This document shows positions 1-15,146 of a DNA stretch of 64,000 nucleotides, one piece after another (position 1 is the stretch's first letter; the number at the start of each line of letters is the position of its first letter). The position numbers and the translations under genes are program-made. The stretch comes from Acholeplasmataceae bacterium. Its GTDB lineage: Bacteria; Bacillota_I; Bacilli_A; Acholeplasmatales; Acholeplasmataceae. The stretch spans positions 1,600,001 to 1,664,000 of the forward strand of contig OY763415.1 in assembly GCA_963667565.1 (NCBI GenBank), in the 5' to 3' direction. Under the pieces are notes generated by a model, which did no database searches, was not told the origin of the DNA, and worked only from the letters and a program-made list of their open reading frames with translations.

Positions 1-780
1 AGAATGCCAACGATTTCTGGTATGAGAAGACGTGGATATACTGCAGATGCGATTAGAAATTTCATTTTATCTACAGGGTTATCTAAAGTCAACTCAACGG
101 TTGGTGCTGATATGTTAGAAGCAGCAGTTAGATCTGATCTTCAAGATAAAGCAAAACGTGTCATGGGTGTTGTGAATCCATTAAAAGTAACGATTACCAA
201 TTATGATGAAGATAAAATTGAATATGTCGATGTTTTATGGCATCCTGATCAAGAAGCATTAGGAACTAGAAAAGTCGCATTTTCTAAACATTTATATATT
301 GAAAAAGACGATTTTGTCTTAGAAAAACCGAACAAGCACTACAAGAGACTTGCATTAGGGATTGAAGTTAGACTTTTCCACACATATTTTATTAAAGCAA
401 ATGAAGTAAAATATGATGAAAACGGAGAAATCACTGAAGTGTTTGTCACTTATGATGTCAACACAAAGAGTGGCAGTGGGTTTGATGAAAGAAAACCAAA
501 TGGTACCATCCATTTCGTTGAAGCAACCACAGCACAAAAAGCAGAAATTCATTTCTATCAACCCATGTTATTTGATGATGAGTCATTAGACCTTATGGAT
601 AGATTTAATCCTGAGTCACTTCAAATGCGAGAAGGGTTTGTAGAAGAAGCACTTAAAGATACAAAACCACAAGATAAATATCAATTTATTAGAGTAGGAT
701 ATTTTAATACAGACGATGATTCTAAAAAAGATCATTTGGTATTTAATGAAATTGTCCCACTAAAGAGTTCTTACAAATAA
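1..780 (+). CDS. glnS: Glutaminyl-tRNA synthetase, C-terminal part (gene starts before the window)
   Basis: RMPTISGMRRRGY motif, EVRL..Y.I and GTIHFV blocks, YQFIRVGYF anticodon-binding end typical of GlnRS. Confidence 0.93.
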   Translation, partial: RMPTISGMRRRGYTADAIRNFILSTGLSKVNSTVGADMLEAAVRSDLQDKAKRVMGVVNPLKVTITNYDEDKIEYVDVLWHPDQEALGTRKVAFSKHLYIEKDDFVLEKPNKHYKRLALGIEVRLFHTYFIKANEVKYDENGEITEVFVTYDVNTKSGSGFDERKPNGTIHFVEATTAQKAEIHFYQPMLFDDESLDLMDRFNPESLQMREGFVEEALKDTKPQDKYQFIRVGYFNTDDDSKKDHLVFNEIVPLKSSYK

Positions 781-800
781 AAAAAGAAAGCAGGTAGAAC

Positions 801-2891
801 ATGGAGAATTATCTAGCTACCTTAAATGAATCTCAATTAAAAGCGGTCATCCACCCGGGTGGTCCGCTTTTTGTTGTCGCTGGCGCGGGTACAGGTAAGA
901 CTAAAACACTTACAACAAGAATCGCATATTTAATCATGAGTGGGGTAGCACCAAGCCACATTCTCGCTGTGACATTTACAAATAAAGCAGCACGAGAAAT
1001 GAAACAACGTGTCATTAACATGACGGGCCCTTATGCATCTGATGTATGGCTATACACGTTTCATGCTTTTGGATTGCAAATTCTTAGAAGACATATTGCA
1101 CTACTTCCTTATGGGTATAAATCAACATTTACAGTGATTGATGAGGATGATGGAAAGAAAATTATTACAGACATCATCAAGGATATGGGCTTAGATATCA
1201 AACACTTTTCAGTGAAGCAATTAAAGAATTTGATTGCATTATTTAAGTCACAAAGACTTCCTGAATTTGAACGATCAGATGAAGAAAAAATATATAAGAA
1301 TTATCAAAGATATTTATACGAAAATCAACTTTTAGATTTTGATGATTTGCTTATATATACATTAGAATTGCTGACTGAATATCCTGAGATTAAGCATAGA
1401 TATCAAACAGAATTTGAACATGTTTTAGTTGATGAATTTCAAGATACTGACATTATTCAGTATAAGATATTAAAAGTATTAGGTGCCGTTCATAAAAATG
1501 TATTTGTTGTTGGAGATCCCGATCAAAGTATATATTCTTTTAGAGGTGCAAGCTATCAAAATAGTAATAGATTCATTAAAGACTATAGTGCGGACACAGT
1601 GATATTAGATAAGAATTATCGTTCAACAAATCAAATTTTACAAGCCGCAAATAAACTTATAGCAAATAATTTTAACAGACCAAGTGCAAAAAATCTAGAA
1701 AGTGATTTAGGCCTTGGAGAGCCAATAACCTATTATGTTGCAGATAATGATTACAATGAAACTTTTTATGTTATTAATGAAATAGAAAGACTTGTTAAGT
1801 TTGGAAATTATACATATGATGATTTTGCAATCTTATATCGAAACAACGCATTATCAAGATTATTTGAAGATACGTTAATTAAAGAAAGTATTCCATATAT
1901 TATTTATGGTGGTGTTTCTTTTTATCAACGAAAAGAGATTAAAGATGCTTTAGCATATGTTCGATTAGGATTAGATCCACATCAAGATTTCTTCTTTAAA
2001 CGTGTCGTGAATGAACCTAAAAGAAACATTGGTAAAGTCAGTGTTCAAAAGCTTGAAGAAAAAGCAAGATCATTAGGCATTAGTTTATATGCTGCAATTG
2101 ATTATGTAGAATTAAGACCTCAAGCGCTAGAATCATTAAAAGGATTTAAAAAACTTATTGAAGACATAAGTCAGGCATTTTTTGATATGGCAGATTTACA
2201 AGAAATCATGCCCGTTTTGATGCAACTTACGGGTTATATTGATATGCTAAAAGCTGAAAATTCAGAACAGGCTGATGATCGTATCGATAACTTAAGAGAA
2301 CTTCAATCTGTGTTTGTTAGAGGTGATATGTATTATGAAGGTTCATTTTACGAAAAACTCAAACAACAACTGGATCAAATCTCTTTATATTCCGATCTAG
2401 ATCAAGATGTTGATGATGAAAATAGAATTAAGCTTGCGACATATCATCAAGTTAAAGGACTTGAGTTTAGAGTTGTTTTTATGGTTGTCATGGAGGAAGG
2501 TATTTTTCCAAACAACAATTCAATGATGAGTTCAATTGAATTAGAAGAAGAAAGACGTGTATGTTATGTGGGTATGACAAGAGCAAAAGAAAAACTCTAC
2601 ATGACGCATGCTAATCGTAGAATGCAGTATGGTGAACTAAGAATAGGATATCCATCAAGATTTTTAAAAGAATCAAGACCAAAAGAAGAAAGTGTTAGAA
2701 AAACATATAGTTATCAACAACCCATCGCGAGTGGCCATATTTTAAAGACCGGCGATAAAGTCAATCACGATGTCTTTGGTCAAGGTGTAGTTGTATCTGT
2801 TAATGATGATATTGCAAAAATTGCATTTTCTATGCCACATGGCATTAAAAACATTCTAGAAAGTCATCCAGCACTCAAAAAAGTGAAATAA
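801..2891 (+). CDS. pcrA: ATP-dependent DNA helicase PcrA/UvrD (full length)
   Basis: AGAGTGKT, TFTNKAA, VDEFQD, VGDPDQSIYSFRGA, NYRS, KGLEF, EEERRVCYVGMTRA; C-terminal Tudor-like GDKVNHDVFGQG. Confidence 0.93.
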   Translation: MENYLATLNESQLKAVIHPGGPLFVVAGAGTGKTKTLTTRIAYLIMSGVAPSHILAVTFTNKAAREMKQRVINMTGPYASDVWLYTFHAFGLQILRRHIALLPYGYKSTFTVIDEDDGKKIITDIIKDMGLDIKHFSVKQLKNLIALFKSQRLPEFERSDEEKIYKNYQRYLYENQLLDFDDLLIYTLELLTEYPEIKHRYQTEFEHVLVDEFQDTDIIQYKILKVLGAVHKNVFVVGDPDQSIYSFRGASYQNSNRFIKDYSADTVILDKNYRSTNQILQAANKLIANNFNRPSAKNLESDLGLGEPITYYVADNDYNETFYVINEIERLVKFGNYTYDDFAILYRNNALSRLFEDTLIKESIPYIIYGGVSFYQRKEIKDALAYVRLGLDPHQDFFFKRVVNEPKRNIGKVSVQKLEEKARSLGISLYAAIDYVELRPQALESLKGFKKLIEDISQAFFDMADLQEIMPVLMQLTGYIDMLKAENSEQADDRIDNLRELQSVFVRGDMYYEGSFYEKLKQQLDQISLYSDLDQDVDDENRIKLATYHQVKGLEFRVVFMVVMEEGIFPNNNSMMSSIELEEERRVCYVGMTRAKEKLYMTHANRRMQYGELRIGYPSRFLKESRPKEESVRKTYSYQQPIASGHILKTGDKVNHDVFGQGVVVSVNDDIAKIAFSMPHGIKNILESHPALKKVK

Positions 2892-3065
2892 TATTTACAT
2901 ATCTAAATATAAAATATAAAACTAAATATTTATGATCTAATAAAAGCATGAGGTGAGACTTATGCTTTTTAATTGTGAATCATTTTTTTTAGTACTTGCT
3001 AAAAAAATTGATATTTAATATACAGAGTAAAAGTTCATCATCACCCATAATATTATTTGGGTGAT

Positions 3066-4292
3066 ATGATGATATTAAATGAAAAACAAGAGAAAGTAGT
3101 TTACACAAATGAACGCTTTCTTTTTTTATTAGCAGGTGCTGGAAGTGGTAAGACAAGAGTTATTGTTGAAAGAATTAAGCATTTGGTTAACACAGGTGTT
3201 GATCCAAAAAAGATTTTAGCTATAACATTTACACATAAAGCTGCCAATGAAATGAAGGAAAGAATTCATCATCATGATGTATGTGTTCACACATTTCATC
3301 AATATGCTTTAAGCATGTTAAAACAACATCAAGGATATACCTATAAAATCTTAGATCAAGAAAAAATAGTTACACTAAAAGAAGCCTTAGATATTAGTAA
3401 TTACAAAAACCATTTGTATGAAATCAGTAAACCTAAAATATACGATGATTATCAAAAGATGTTAAATCATAAAGGACTCAAAGATTTTGATGATATATTA
3501 ATTGATTTTTATATGATGCTTAAGAAACATCAAATGAGGACGCCTTTTACTTATATATTTGTTGATGAATTTCAAGATACCAACGTGTTACAGTATCACA
3601 TATTAAAGTTAATGATTCATAAAGACACATCAGTTTGTGCAGTAGGAGATCCTGACCAAAGTATTTATCAATTTAGAGGTGCAAATGACAAAATCATTGA
3701 AATATTTATTAAAACATATGATGCACATGTTTATATTCTAGATATGAACTATAGATCGAGTCCAGACATTTTAGAGATTGCCAATCGCTTCATTATACAA
3801 AATCAAAGAAAACTCAAAAAGAAACTTATACCATACCATGAAGAAAACTACGATATAGAAAAACTTAGATTTAAGAGTTTAGAAGAAGAGGCTTCATTTA
3901 TCATTAAAAGATATAGAGGATTTGTATTAGATGGTGTTAAGCCAAACGAAATCGCTGTGATTTATAGAAACCACCATAGAAGTTATGTGATTAGAGATGA
4001 AATTAAAAAACGATATATAGACAAAACATATGGTCTACAATTACTCACGATGCACGAAGCTAAAGGCTTAGAATTTGATGTCGTTTTCATTATTGGATTA
4101 GAAGATGGCGAAGTACCTTCTTATCATACAAGTACATATAAACATCTAGAAGAAGAAAGAAGATTACTATATGTGTCAATGACTAGAGCAAGAAAATATT
4201 TATATTTTTCTTATGTTGAACATCTTGAGACTGGATATAAAAAAATGTCACCATTTTATAAAAAGATTAAATTTTTAAAGAAAGTAAATTGA
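3066..4292 (+). CDS. Short UvrD/Rep-family SF1A helicase (about 408 aa, 2B subdomain absent)
   Basis: SF1A motifs AGAGSGKT, VDEFQD, GDPDQSIYQFRG, NYRS, KGLEF, EEERRLLYVSMTRA present; ATG at 3066 or 3069 preferred over TTG 3057. Confidence 0.85.
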   Translation: MMILNEKQEKVVYTNERFLFLLAGAGSGKTRVIVERIKHLVNTGVDPKKILAITFTHKAANEMKERIHHHDVCVHTFHQYALSMLKQHQGYTYKILDQEKIVTLKEALDISNYKNHLYEISKPKIYDDYQKMLNHKGLKDFDDILIDFYMMLKKHQMRTPFTYIFVDEFQDTNVLQYHILKLMIHKDTSVCAVGDPDQSIYQFRGANDKIIEIFIKTYDAHVYILDMNYRSSPDILEIANRFIIQNQRKLKKKLIPYHEENYDIEKLRFKSLEEEASFIIKRYRGFVLDGVKPNEIAVIYRNHHRSYVIRDEIKKRYIDKTYGLQLLTMHEAKGLEFDVVFIIGLEDGEVPSYHTSTYKHLEEERRLLYVSMTRARKYLYFSYVEHLETGYKKMSPFYKKIKFLKKVN

Positions 4293-4418
4293 ATAAAACA
4301 TAGTTTACCAAAATCAAGTGTTTTTAATTGAAACTAAAGATTCAAAGTGCTAAGATGACGGTATAAGATGATTGCTTAGTTGAGCCAATCACTAGAAGAA
4401 GAAAAGGAGATGTTTTAC

Positions 4419-4865
4419 ATGTTAACTACATTTAAAGCAACAGCAAAAAAACTTCCAAATGGTCTTCAAGTTGAAACACAAACAAGAAATTTTAAAGTGT
4501 TATTTGATGAACCAAAAAGTTTAGGTGGAACAGATCAAGGATTAAATCCTGTTGAAGGATTATTGGTTGCACTTGGTGCATGTCAATCAATCGTTGCTGC
4601 AGCGTTCGCGAAAGCAAAAGGATTTTCTTTTGAATCATTTCATGTTGAATTAGAAGGTGACTTAGATCCAGATGGATTTTTAGGTAAGAATCCAAATGTG
4701 AGAAATGGATTTACAGAAATTAGATATAAAATGCACTTTAAGACAAACGAGTCAAAAGAAAAAGCAGATGCGTTTGCTCTATTTATTGAAAACACATGTC
4801 CTGTAGGTGACTCACTTGCAAATGGTGTTAAACTCGTTAATGCTGGTGTTGTTCTAGATAAATAG
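4419..4865 (+). CDS. OsmC/Ohr family protein
   Basis: DEPKSLGGTDQGLNPVE..LGAC and TCPV motifs; AAGGAG RBS ahead of ATG 4419. Confidence 0.88.
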   Translation: MLTTFKATAKKLPNGLQVETQTRNFKVLFDEPKSLGGTDQGLNPVEGLLVALGACQSIVAAAFAKAKGFSFESFHVELEGDLDPDGFLGKNPNVRNGFTEIRYKMHFKTNESKEKADAFALFIENTCPVGDSLANGVKLVNAGVVLDK

Positions 4866-4926
4866 CCAAAATGCACAATAAAAAAGAGCCAAAATGCACA
4901 ATAAAAAAGAGCCAAATTGCATAATA
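4864..4926 (+). repeat. 23-bp tandem repeat AGCCAAAATGCACAATAAAAAAG, two exact copies plus a degenerate partial third
   Basis: Units at 4864-4886, 4887-4909 and 4910-4926. Confidence 0.95.
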
Positions 4927-4929
4927 GTG

Positions 4930-4958
4930 TTTACTTTTAGACTATGAAAACGTATAAT
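4930..4958 (+). promoter_or_regulatory. Sigma70-type promoter for the AAA/DUF4143 gene
   Basis: TTTACT-17 bp-TATAAT. Confidence 0.6.
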
Positions 4959-4975
4959 ATTAATAGGGTGATTAT

Positions 4976-6238
4976 ATGAGTAAGTACTATGAAAGAATTA
5001 TGGATAAATGTATTAAGGAAGAATTAGAGGCTTTTGGTGCGGTGTTAATTAATGGACCTAAATGGTGTGGTAAAACAACTACTGCAAAAAGATACTCAAA
5101 AAGTGACATTAATATGCAAAATCCTGCACAAAAAAATAACTATTTAAATATAGCTAAAATTAATCCCACATTATTATTAGAAGGTGAAAAGCCTAGACTC
5201 ATTGATGAATGGCAAGTGGCACCAGAAATTTGGGATGCAATACGAAACGATGTTGATGATAAACAGCAACAAGGATTATATATATTAACCGGATCATCAA
5301 AAGTTGATGAAAGCAGAATCGGGCATTCTGGGGTAGGTAGAATATCAAGAGTTTTAATGAGAACAATGTCACTTTATGAGTCTCAAGACTCCAATGGTGA
5401 GATTAGCTTAGAAGATATTTTTGATTCTGATAGAAGTATCAGTTCAAAATCTCCACTAAATATAAAAGATATCGCATTACTCATTATCAGAGGTGGATGG
5501 CCAAGTAGTATAGGGAAGGATATTAAAATTGCTAGTAAACAAATTTCAGGATATATACAAAGCATAATAAAAACAGAAATCAAAACAATTGATGGTGTAG
5601 AACGAGATGAGGCTAAAACATTAGCTGTCATGAAATCATTAGCTAGACATACCGCAACACAAGCCAACGATGCAAAAATAATTGCCGATGTTGAAACAAA
5701 TCATTATTCAATACATAGAAATACACTAAGTGATTATTTAAATGCATTAAGAGAATTGTATATTATTGAAGATTTACCAGCGTGGAGTCCTAAACTTAGA
5801 AGCAAAACTACGATAAGAACCTCAAATACAAGACATTTCATAGATCCTGCATTTGCTGCAGCATTACTAAATGCCAATTCAGAAGATTTATTAAGAGATT
5901 TTGAGACATTTGGTCTTCTCTTTGAATCGTTGGTCATAAGAGATTTAAGAATATATACAGATTATATAGGAGGCAAAATATATCATTATAGGGATAAAAC
6001 AGGATTAGAAGCAGACGCAATCATTCATTTAAATGATGGTAGATGGGGCGCAATTGAAATCAAACTTGGATCTCATGAAATTGAAAAGGCAGCTCAAAAT
6101 TTAAAGAAGCTAAAAGATCGGGTTGATAGTTCTGATAACAACGGTCCATCGTTTTTAATGGTTATAACTGGAACAGAATATGCATATAAAAGAGAAGATG
6201 ACATTTATGTTGTTCCTCTTGGCTGTCTAAAATACTAA
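4976..6238 (+). CDS. AAA+ ATPase with C-terminal DUF4143 (PD-(D/E)xK-like) domain
   Basis: GPKWCGKTT, LIDEWQ, LTGS; C-terminal YHYRDKTGLEADAII...AIEIK. Confidence 0.85.
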   Translation: MSKYYERIMDKCIKEELEAFGAVLINGPKWCGKTTTAKRYSKSDINMQNPAQKNNYLNIAKINPTLLLEGEKPRLIDEWQVAPEIWDAIRNDVDDKQQQGLYILTGSSKVDESRIGHSGVGRISRVLMRTMSLYESQDSNGEISLEDIFDSDRSISSKSPLNIKDIALLIIRGGWPSSIGKDIKIASKQISGYIQSIIKTEIKTIDGVERDEAKTLAVMKSLARHTATQANDAKIIADVETNHYSIHRNTLSDYLNALRELYIIEDLPAWSPKLRSKTTIRTSNTRHFIDPAFAAALLNANSEDLLRDFETFGLLFESLVIRDLRIYTDYIGGKIYHYRDKTGLEADAIIHLNDGRWGAIEIKLGSHEIEKAAQNLKKLKDRVDSSDNNGPSFLMVITGTEYAYKREDDIYVVPLGCLKY

Positions 6239-6272
6239 ACAAATGAAGCGAATAAATTCTTTCGCTTTTTAA

Positions 6273-11112
<4,840 letters not shown>

Positions 11113-11152
11113 CCAAAAATAAACTATTATGTTATGATTAGGAGGGGATGAT

Positions 11153-11686
11153 ATGCACGAAGATCCAAAGGATCCTAAAAAAGATCCAGAAGAAGAGTTA
11201 AAGCGATTGATTGAGGAATTAGAAACCTATGGAAAGAAAAAACAAAATGCTGTAAGTTATGCATTTTTACTCCATAGAAACTATGCCATTCATTTATTAT
11301 TATCACTTGTTGTTAACTTTTTAATGGCAGTGACAGTCATCGGTTTGGGGCTTGCATTAAATCATCATTTTTTGACATTTGAATTTGAAGCATTTATGCT
11401 AGCAATCATATTGTTAACATTAATTGAAAACCTTGTAAAAATCTTATTATTTAAATACGCACTTAAGGTGATGCTATATAGTTTAGGATTATTATCATGG
11501 GTTGTTCAAATCTTAATTCTTTATGGAATTACGGTGATTTTTGGTGATGCATTTGCATTCCTAAGTGTATGGGATTTGGTTGTATTTTCAGTGATGTTTA
11601 CAGTCATGAGATTTATCTTAAGTGTCTATATAAGAAGATATATGTTCCAAAGAAAACATATCTTTATGGGAGGTAGAAAAAAATGA
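11153..11686 (+). CDS. Four-TM membrane protein, YvlD/phage-holin-4-like
   Basis: Four hydrophobic segments; position directly upstream of hprK as commonly seen in Firmicutes. Confidence 0.55.
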   Translation: MHEDPKDPKKDPEEELKRLIEELETYGKKKQNAVSYAFLLHRNYAIHLLLSLVVNFLMAVTVIGLGLALNHHFLTFEFEAFMLAIILLTLIENLVKILLFKYALKVMLYSLGLLSWVVQILILYGITVIFGDAFAFLSVWDLVVFSVMFTVMRFILSVYIRRYMFQRKHIFMGGRKK

Positions 11687-12621
11687 AACTAAAAGTTAAG
11701 CATCTTATTAAAGATTTAAACTTAGAAGTGCTTGCTGGACATAACGCATTAGAGCGAGAAATTAAGGCAGAGATGTTATCTCGTCCAGGTGTTGAGCTTG
11801 CAGGATTTCTAGATTTCTTTGATTCTGACCGTATTGTCTTAATTGGCTCAAAAGAGCATTCATTTATGAAGTTGTTGCCATATGATATCATGAAGACAAG
11901 AGTTGAAGATATCATGATGACAAAACCTCCAGTTTTTATCTTTTCGATTAATGTTGATGTTGATCCACTGTTTTTTGAACTTGGTGATAAATATAATGTG
12001 GCTATCTTAAAAAGCCCTGTTAGAACAACACCACTTTCAAGTCAACTCTATGCATACCTACATGCAAAATTAGCGCCAAGAATTACGGTTCATGGTGTCT
12101 TACTTGATATCAATGGTTTAGGTGTCTTACTCGTAGGTAAGAGCGGTATTGGTAAAAGTGAGACTGCACTAGAACTTATTAATCGTGGTCACATCCTTAT
12201 TAGTGATGATCGCGTGGATATTTTTGAAACTGCACCTGGCATTTTAGTGGGTGCAGCGCCTAAGATTTTAGAAAGATATATTGAAGTAAGAGGTATCGGT
12301 ATTGTTGATGTTGTAACAATGTTTGGTGCAGGAGCTTATCGTGAAAGTAAGAAGATAAGACTTGTTGTTGAACTTGAACATTGGAAGAAAGATAAGCAAT
12401 ACGATAGACTTGGTATTGATACGGAAACTACTTCATATTTCAATACTGAAATAACAAAAATAACGATTCCTATCCTTCCAGGTAGAAACGTTGCTACATT
12501 AGTTGAAATTGCAGCAATGAACACAAAACTTAAATATTTAGGCTATAATGCAGCACTTGATTTAACAGAAGCAGTAGCTAAAAAAGCAAGTGGATTTGGA
12601 AAGGACGAAGATGATGAGTAA
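11683..12621 (+). CDS. hprK: HPr kinase/phosphorylase
   Basis: GKSGIGKSETALEL, LISDD, IEVRGIGI, PGRN. Confidence 0.97.
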   Translation: MKLKVKHLIKDLNLEVLAGHNALEREIKAEMLSRPGVELAGFLDFFDSDRIVLIGSKEHSFMKLLPYDIMKTRVEDIMMTKPPVFIFSINVDVDPLFFELGDKYNVAILKSPVRTTPLSSQLYAYLHAKLAPRITVHGVLLDINGLGVLLVGKSGIGKSETALELINRGHILISDDRVDIFETAPGILVGAAPKILERYIEVRGIGIVDVVTMFGAGAYRESKKIRLVVELEHWKKDKQYDRLGIDTETTSYFNTEITKITIPILPGRNVATLVEIAAMNTKLKYLGYNAALDLTEAVAKKASGFGKDEDDE

Positions 12622-13576
12622 TTTTTGGGAAAACAATAAACAAGGCATTTTATTATATGGTGGTATCGCATTAGGATTTATCATTCTTGTGATACTGGCA
12701 ACTGCAACACAAAGCGGTTATCCTTATAACCCAACGGCTATTGATACAAACTTCTCAATTGGAAGTTTTCAATTAGACGTTCAATGGTATGCAGTCTTTA
12801 TATTATCAGGTATCGCATTTGCAGCAGCAGTGAGTTACTTTGAATTTAAACGTTATAAAGTGGATACGGATATTTTATTCGATGGATTATTATATGCAGT
12901 ACCGCTTGCTATCGTCGGTGCGAGATTATGGTGGGTATTATTTAATTTAAGTAGTATTCATTCATTTGGAGATATCATAAACACACAAGCTGGTGGGTTA
13001 GGTATTCACGGTGCAATTATCTTTGTGTTTATCTTCTTAATCTTTTTTACAAAGTGGAAGAAGATTTCATATTGGTGGTTATTAGATTTGGTTGCTCCTG
13101 GATTTTTAATTGGGCAAACGATGGGACGTTGGGGTAATTTCATGAATGGTGAATTATATGGTCCTGCAGTTGACAATCTAAATTATCTACCAAAATTTAT
13201 TAGTGAACAAATGTATATTAATGGAAGTTATCATTTACCTACATTTTTATTTGAAAGTTTATGGAATTTATTAGGACTTATCATCATCTTAATTTTAAGA
13301 CGCAAGAAAGTCTTTAAATTAGGAGATATTTTAGGATTTTATCTCATCTGGTATGGAACGATTCGTATCCCTATGGAATTATTAAGATTCCAAGGTGATC
13401 CATCAGATCCACTTCCACTTCCTTGGATTACGGGTAATGCAAGTGCATGGTATGAAATGTCTTCTATTTGGACATCTATATTATTAATTGTTGCAGGGTT
13501 ATCTGTGATTTTAGTAAAACGCTTATTTGTCAAAAATCTTCCATACTACAACGAATTTAAAAGCAAGAATGTATAA
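12611..13576 (+). CDS. lgt: Prolipoprotein diacylglyceryl transferase
   Basis: WY, GARL, GGLGIHG, GRWGNFMNGELYG, PTFLFES; follows hprK. Confidence 0.95.
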   Translation: MMSNFWENNKQGILLYGGIALGFIILVILATATQSGYPYNPTAIDTNFSIGSFQLDVQWYAVFILSGIAFAAAVSYFEFKRYKVDTDILFDGLLYAVPLAIVGARLWWVLFNLSSIHSFGDIINTQAGGLGIHGAIIFVFIFLIFFTKWKKISYWWLLDLVAPGFLIGQTMGRWGNFMNGELYGPAVDNLNYLPKFISEQMYINGSYHLPTFLFESLWNLLGLIIILILRRKKVFKLGDILGFYLIWYGTIRIPMELLRFQGDPSDPLPLPWITGNASAWYEMSSIWTSILLIVAGLSVILVKRLFVKNLPYYNEFKSKNV

Positions 13577-14209
13577 ATGAAACTGATATTATTTGATTTA
13601 GATGGTACACTCATTCAATCAACAAAAATTATTTTAGATGTTTTTGTCATGATGTTTGAAAAGTACTTTAAAGATGTAAAACTTGATGAAAAAACACTGA
13701 CAAGCTTTTTAGGTAAAACACTATGGCAAACGTTTGGTGAGTATACAGATGATGAATTACTCATTGAAGAGATTGTTAAAGATTATAGAAAAAATACCGA
13801 AGCTATGATTGAAGATAACTTAGAGAGTTATCCACATGCTTTAGAAACCGTTTCGTATTTTAAAGCAAACAACATTTTAGTTGGTGTGGTCACATCAAAA
13901 ATGAATAAAGTTGCTTTAAGTCATTTAAAACTCGTTGGTTTAGATCAAAGTATTGATCATTTAATTGGATATGATGATGTTAAAGAACATAAACCAAATC
14001 CAGAACCTATCTTAAAAGCATTAGCCTATTTTGATGTAGAGGCAAAAGATGCAGTTTATGTTGGGGATCACGAAAACGATATGAAAGCAGCAAAAGCAGC
14101 AGGCGTTGCGTGTTGCGCAGTGACATATTCAAACAGGTTAGAAGAAATGTTATTAGAAAACCCAGAATATGTGATTGATGATTTAGAAAATTTAAAAGAT
14201 TTAATTTAA
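13577..14209 (+). CDS. ppaX: HAD hydrolase, PpaX-like pyrophosphatase
   Basis: FDLDGT, VTSK, HKPNP, YVGD; hprK-lgt-ppaX synteny. Confidence 0.8.
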   Translation: MKLILFDLDGTLIQSTKIILDVFVMMFEKYFKDVKLDEKTLTSFLGKTLWQTFGEYTDDELLIEEIVKDYRKNTEAMIEDNLESYPHALETVSYFKANNILVGVVTSKMNKVALSHLKLVGLDQSIDHLIGYDDVKEHKPNPEPILKALAYFDVEAKDAVYVGDHENDMKAAKAAGVACCAVTYSNRLEEMLLENPEYVIDDLENLKDLI

Positions 14210-14230
14210 ATATAGAAGGAGAATAAAGTT

Positions 14231-15145
14231 ATGTTATATGATGTATTAATTATTGGGACAGGTCCTGCAGGAATTACTGCTGGTATCTATGCTAAAAGAG
14301 CAAATTTGAAGGTTGCAATGTTTGAAAAGGACACACCAGGTGGACAACTTTCAAAATACAATGAAATTGAAAACTATACAGGGGCTAAAAAAGTTGCTGG
14401 TTATGAACTTGCGACAATGATGATTGATCACGCTTATGATTTAGGCGTTGAAGTCATCTATGATGAAGTCACTAAAGTAGAATTAGAAGGAAATGTTAAA
14501 AAAGTCGTTACACCTAATGGTACATATGATGCTAAAGCAGTGATCATTGCGACAGGTAATGTTCCAAGAAGATTAGGCGTTGAAAATGAAGATTTCTTAG
14601 CAATGAACGGTATTAGCTGGTGTGCAATTTGTGACGGCCCATTATACAAAGATAGAAAAGTCGTTGTGATCGGCGGTGGAAATAGTGCTGTTGAAGAGGC
14701 TGCATATCTTGCAACACTTGCAACACATGTTACTGTTGTTCAAAATTTAGCCATGTTAACTGCTGATAAAAAAGCTCAAGATATTTTATTAAAACAAAAA
14801 AATGTTGATATTAAGTATTCAACTGTTGTTAATAAATTCTTAATGGATGACAAAGGATTAACAGGTGTTGAATTAAAAGATGAAGCCGGCAATTTAACTG
14901 TTGTTGATGCTGAAGGTGTATTTGAATATGTAGGCTTAATTCCAGTGACTGATATGGTTAAAGAATTAGGCGTAACAAATAAATATGGTTATATTGAAGC
15001 AAACGAAAAAATGGAAACTAAAGTTCCAGGCATCTATGGTGCTGGTGATGTGATTGCTAAACAAATCAGACAAGTTGTTACTGCAACTGCAGATGGTGCA
15101 ATTGCTGTACAAAACTGCTTAAAGTATTTAGAAACTTGGGAGTAA
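14231..15145 (+). CDS. trxB: Thioredoxin reductase
   Basis: GTGPAG, CAICDG, GGGNSA, GAGD..RQVVTA. Confidence 0.95.
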   Translation: MLYDVLIIGTGPAGITAGIYAKRANLKVAMFEKDTPGGQLSKYNEIENYTGAKKVAGYELATMMIDHAYDLGVEVIYDEVTKVELEGNVKKVVTPNGTYDAKAVIIATGNVPRRLGVENEDFLAMNGISWCAICDGPLYKDRKVVVIGGGNSAVEEAAYLATLATHVTVVQNLAMLTADKKAQDILLKQKNVDIKYSTVVNKFLMDDKGLTGVELKDEAGNLTVVDAEGVFEYVGLIPVTDMVKELGVTNKYGYIEANEKMETKVPGIYGAGDVIAKQIRQVVTATADGAIAVQNCLKYLETWE

Positions 15146-15146
15146 G

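Noticed and set aside
4864..4926. Tandem repeat as a CRISPR array
   Set aside because: Units are contiguous with no spacers, and no cas genes are in the window
11153..11686. Holin indicating a prophage
   Set aside because: Sits in the housekeeping uvrA-hprK-lgt operon with no phage genes nearby
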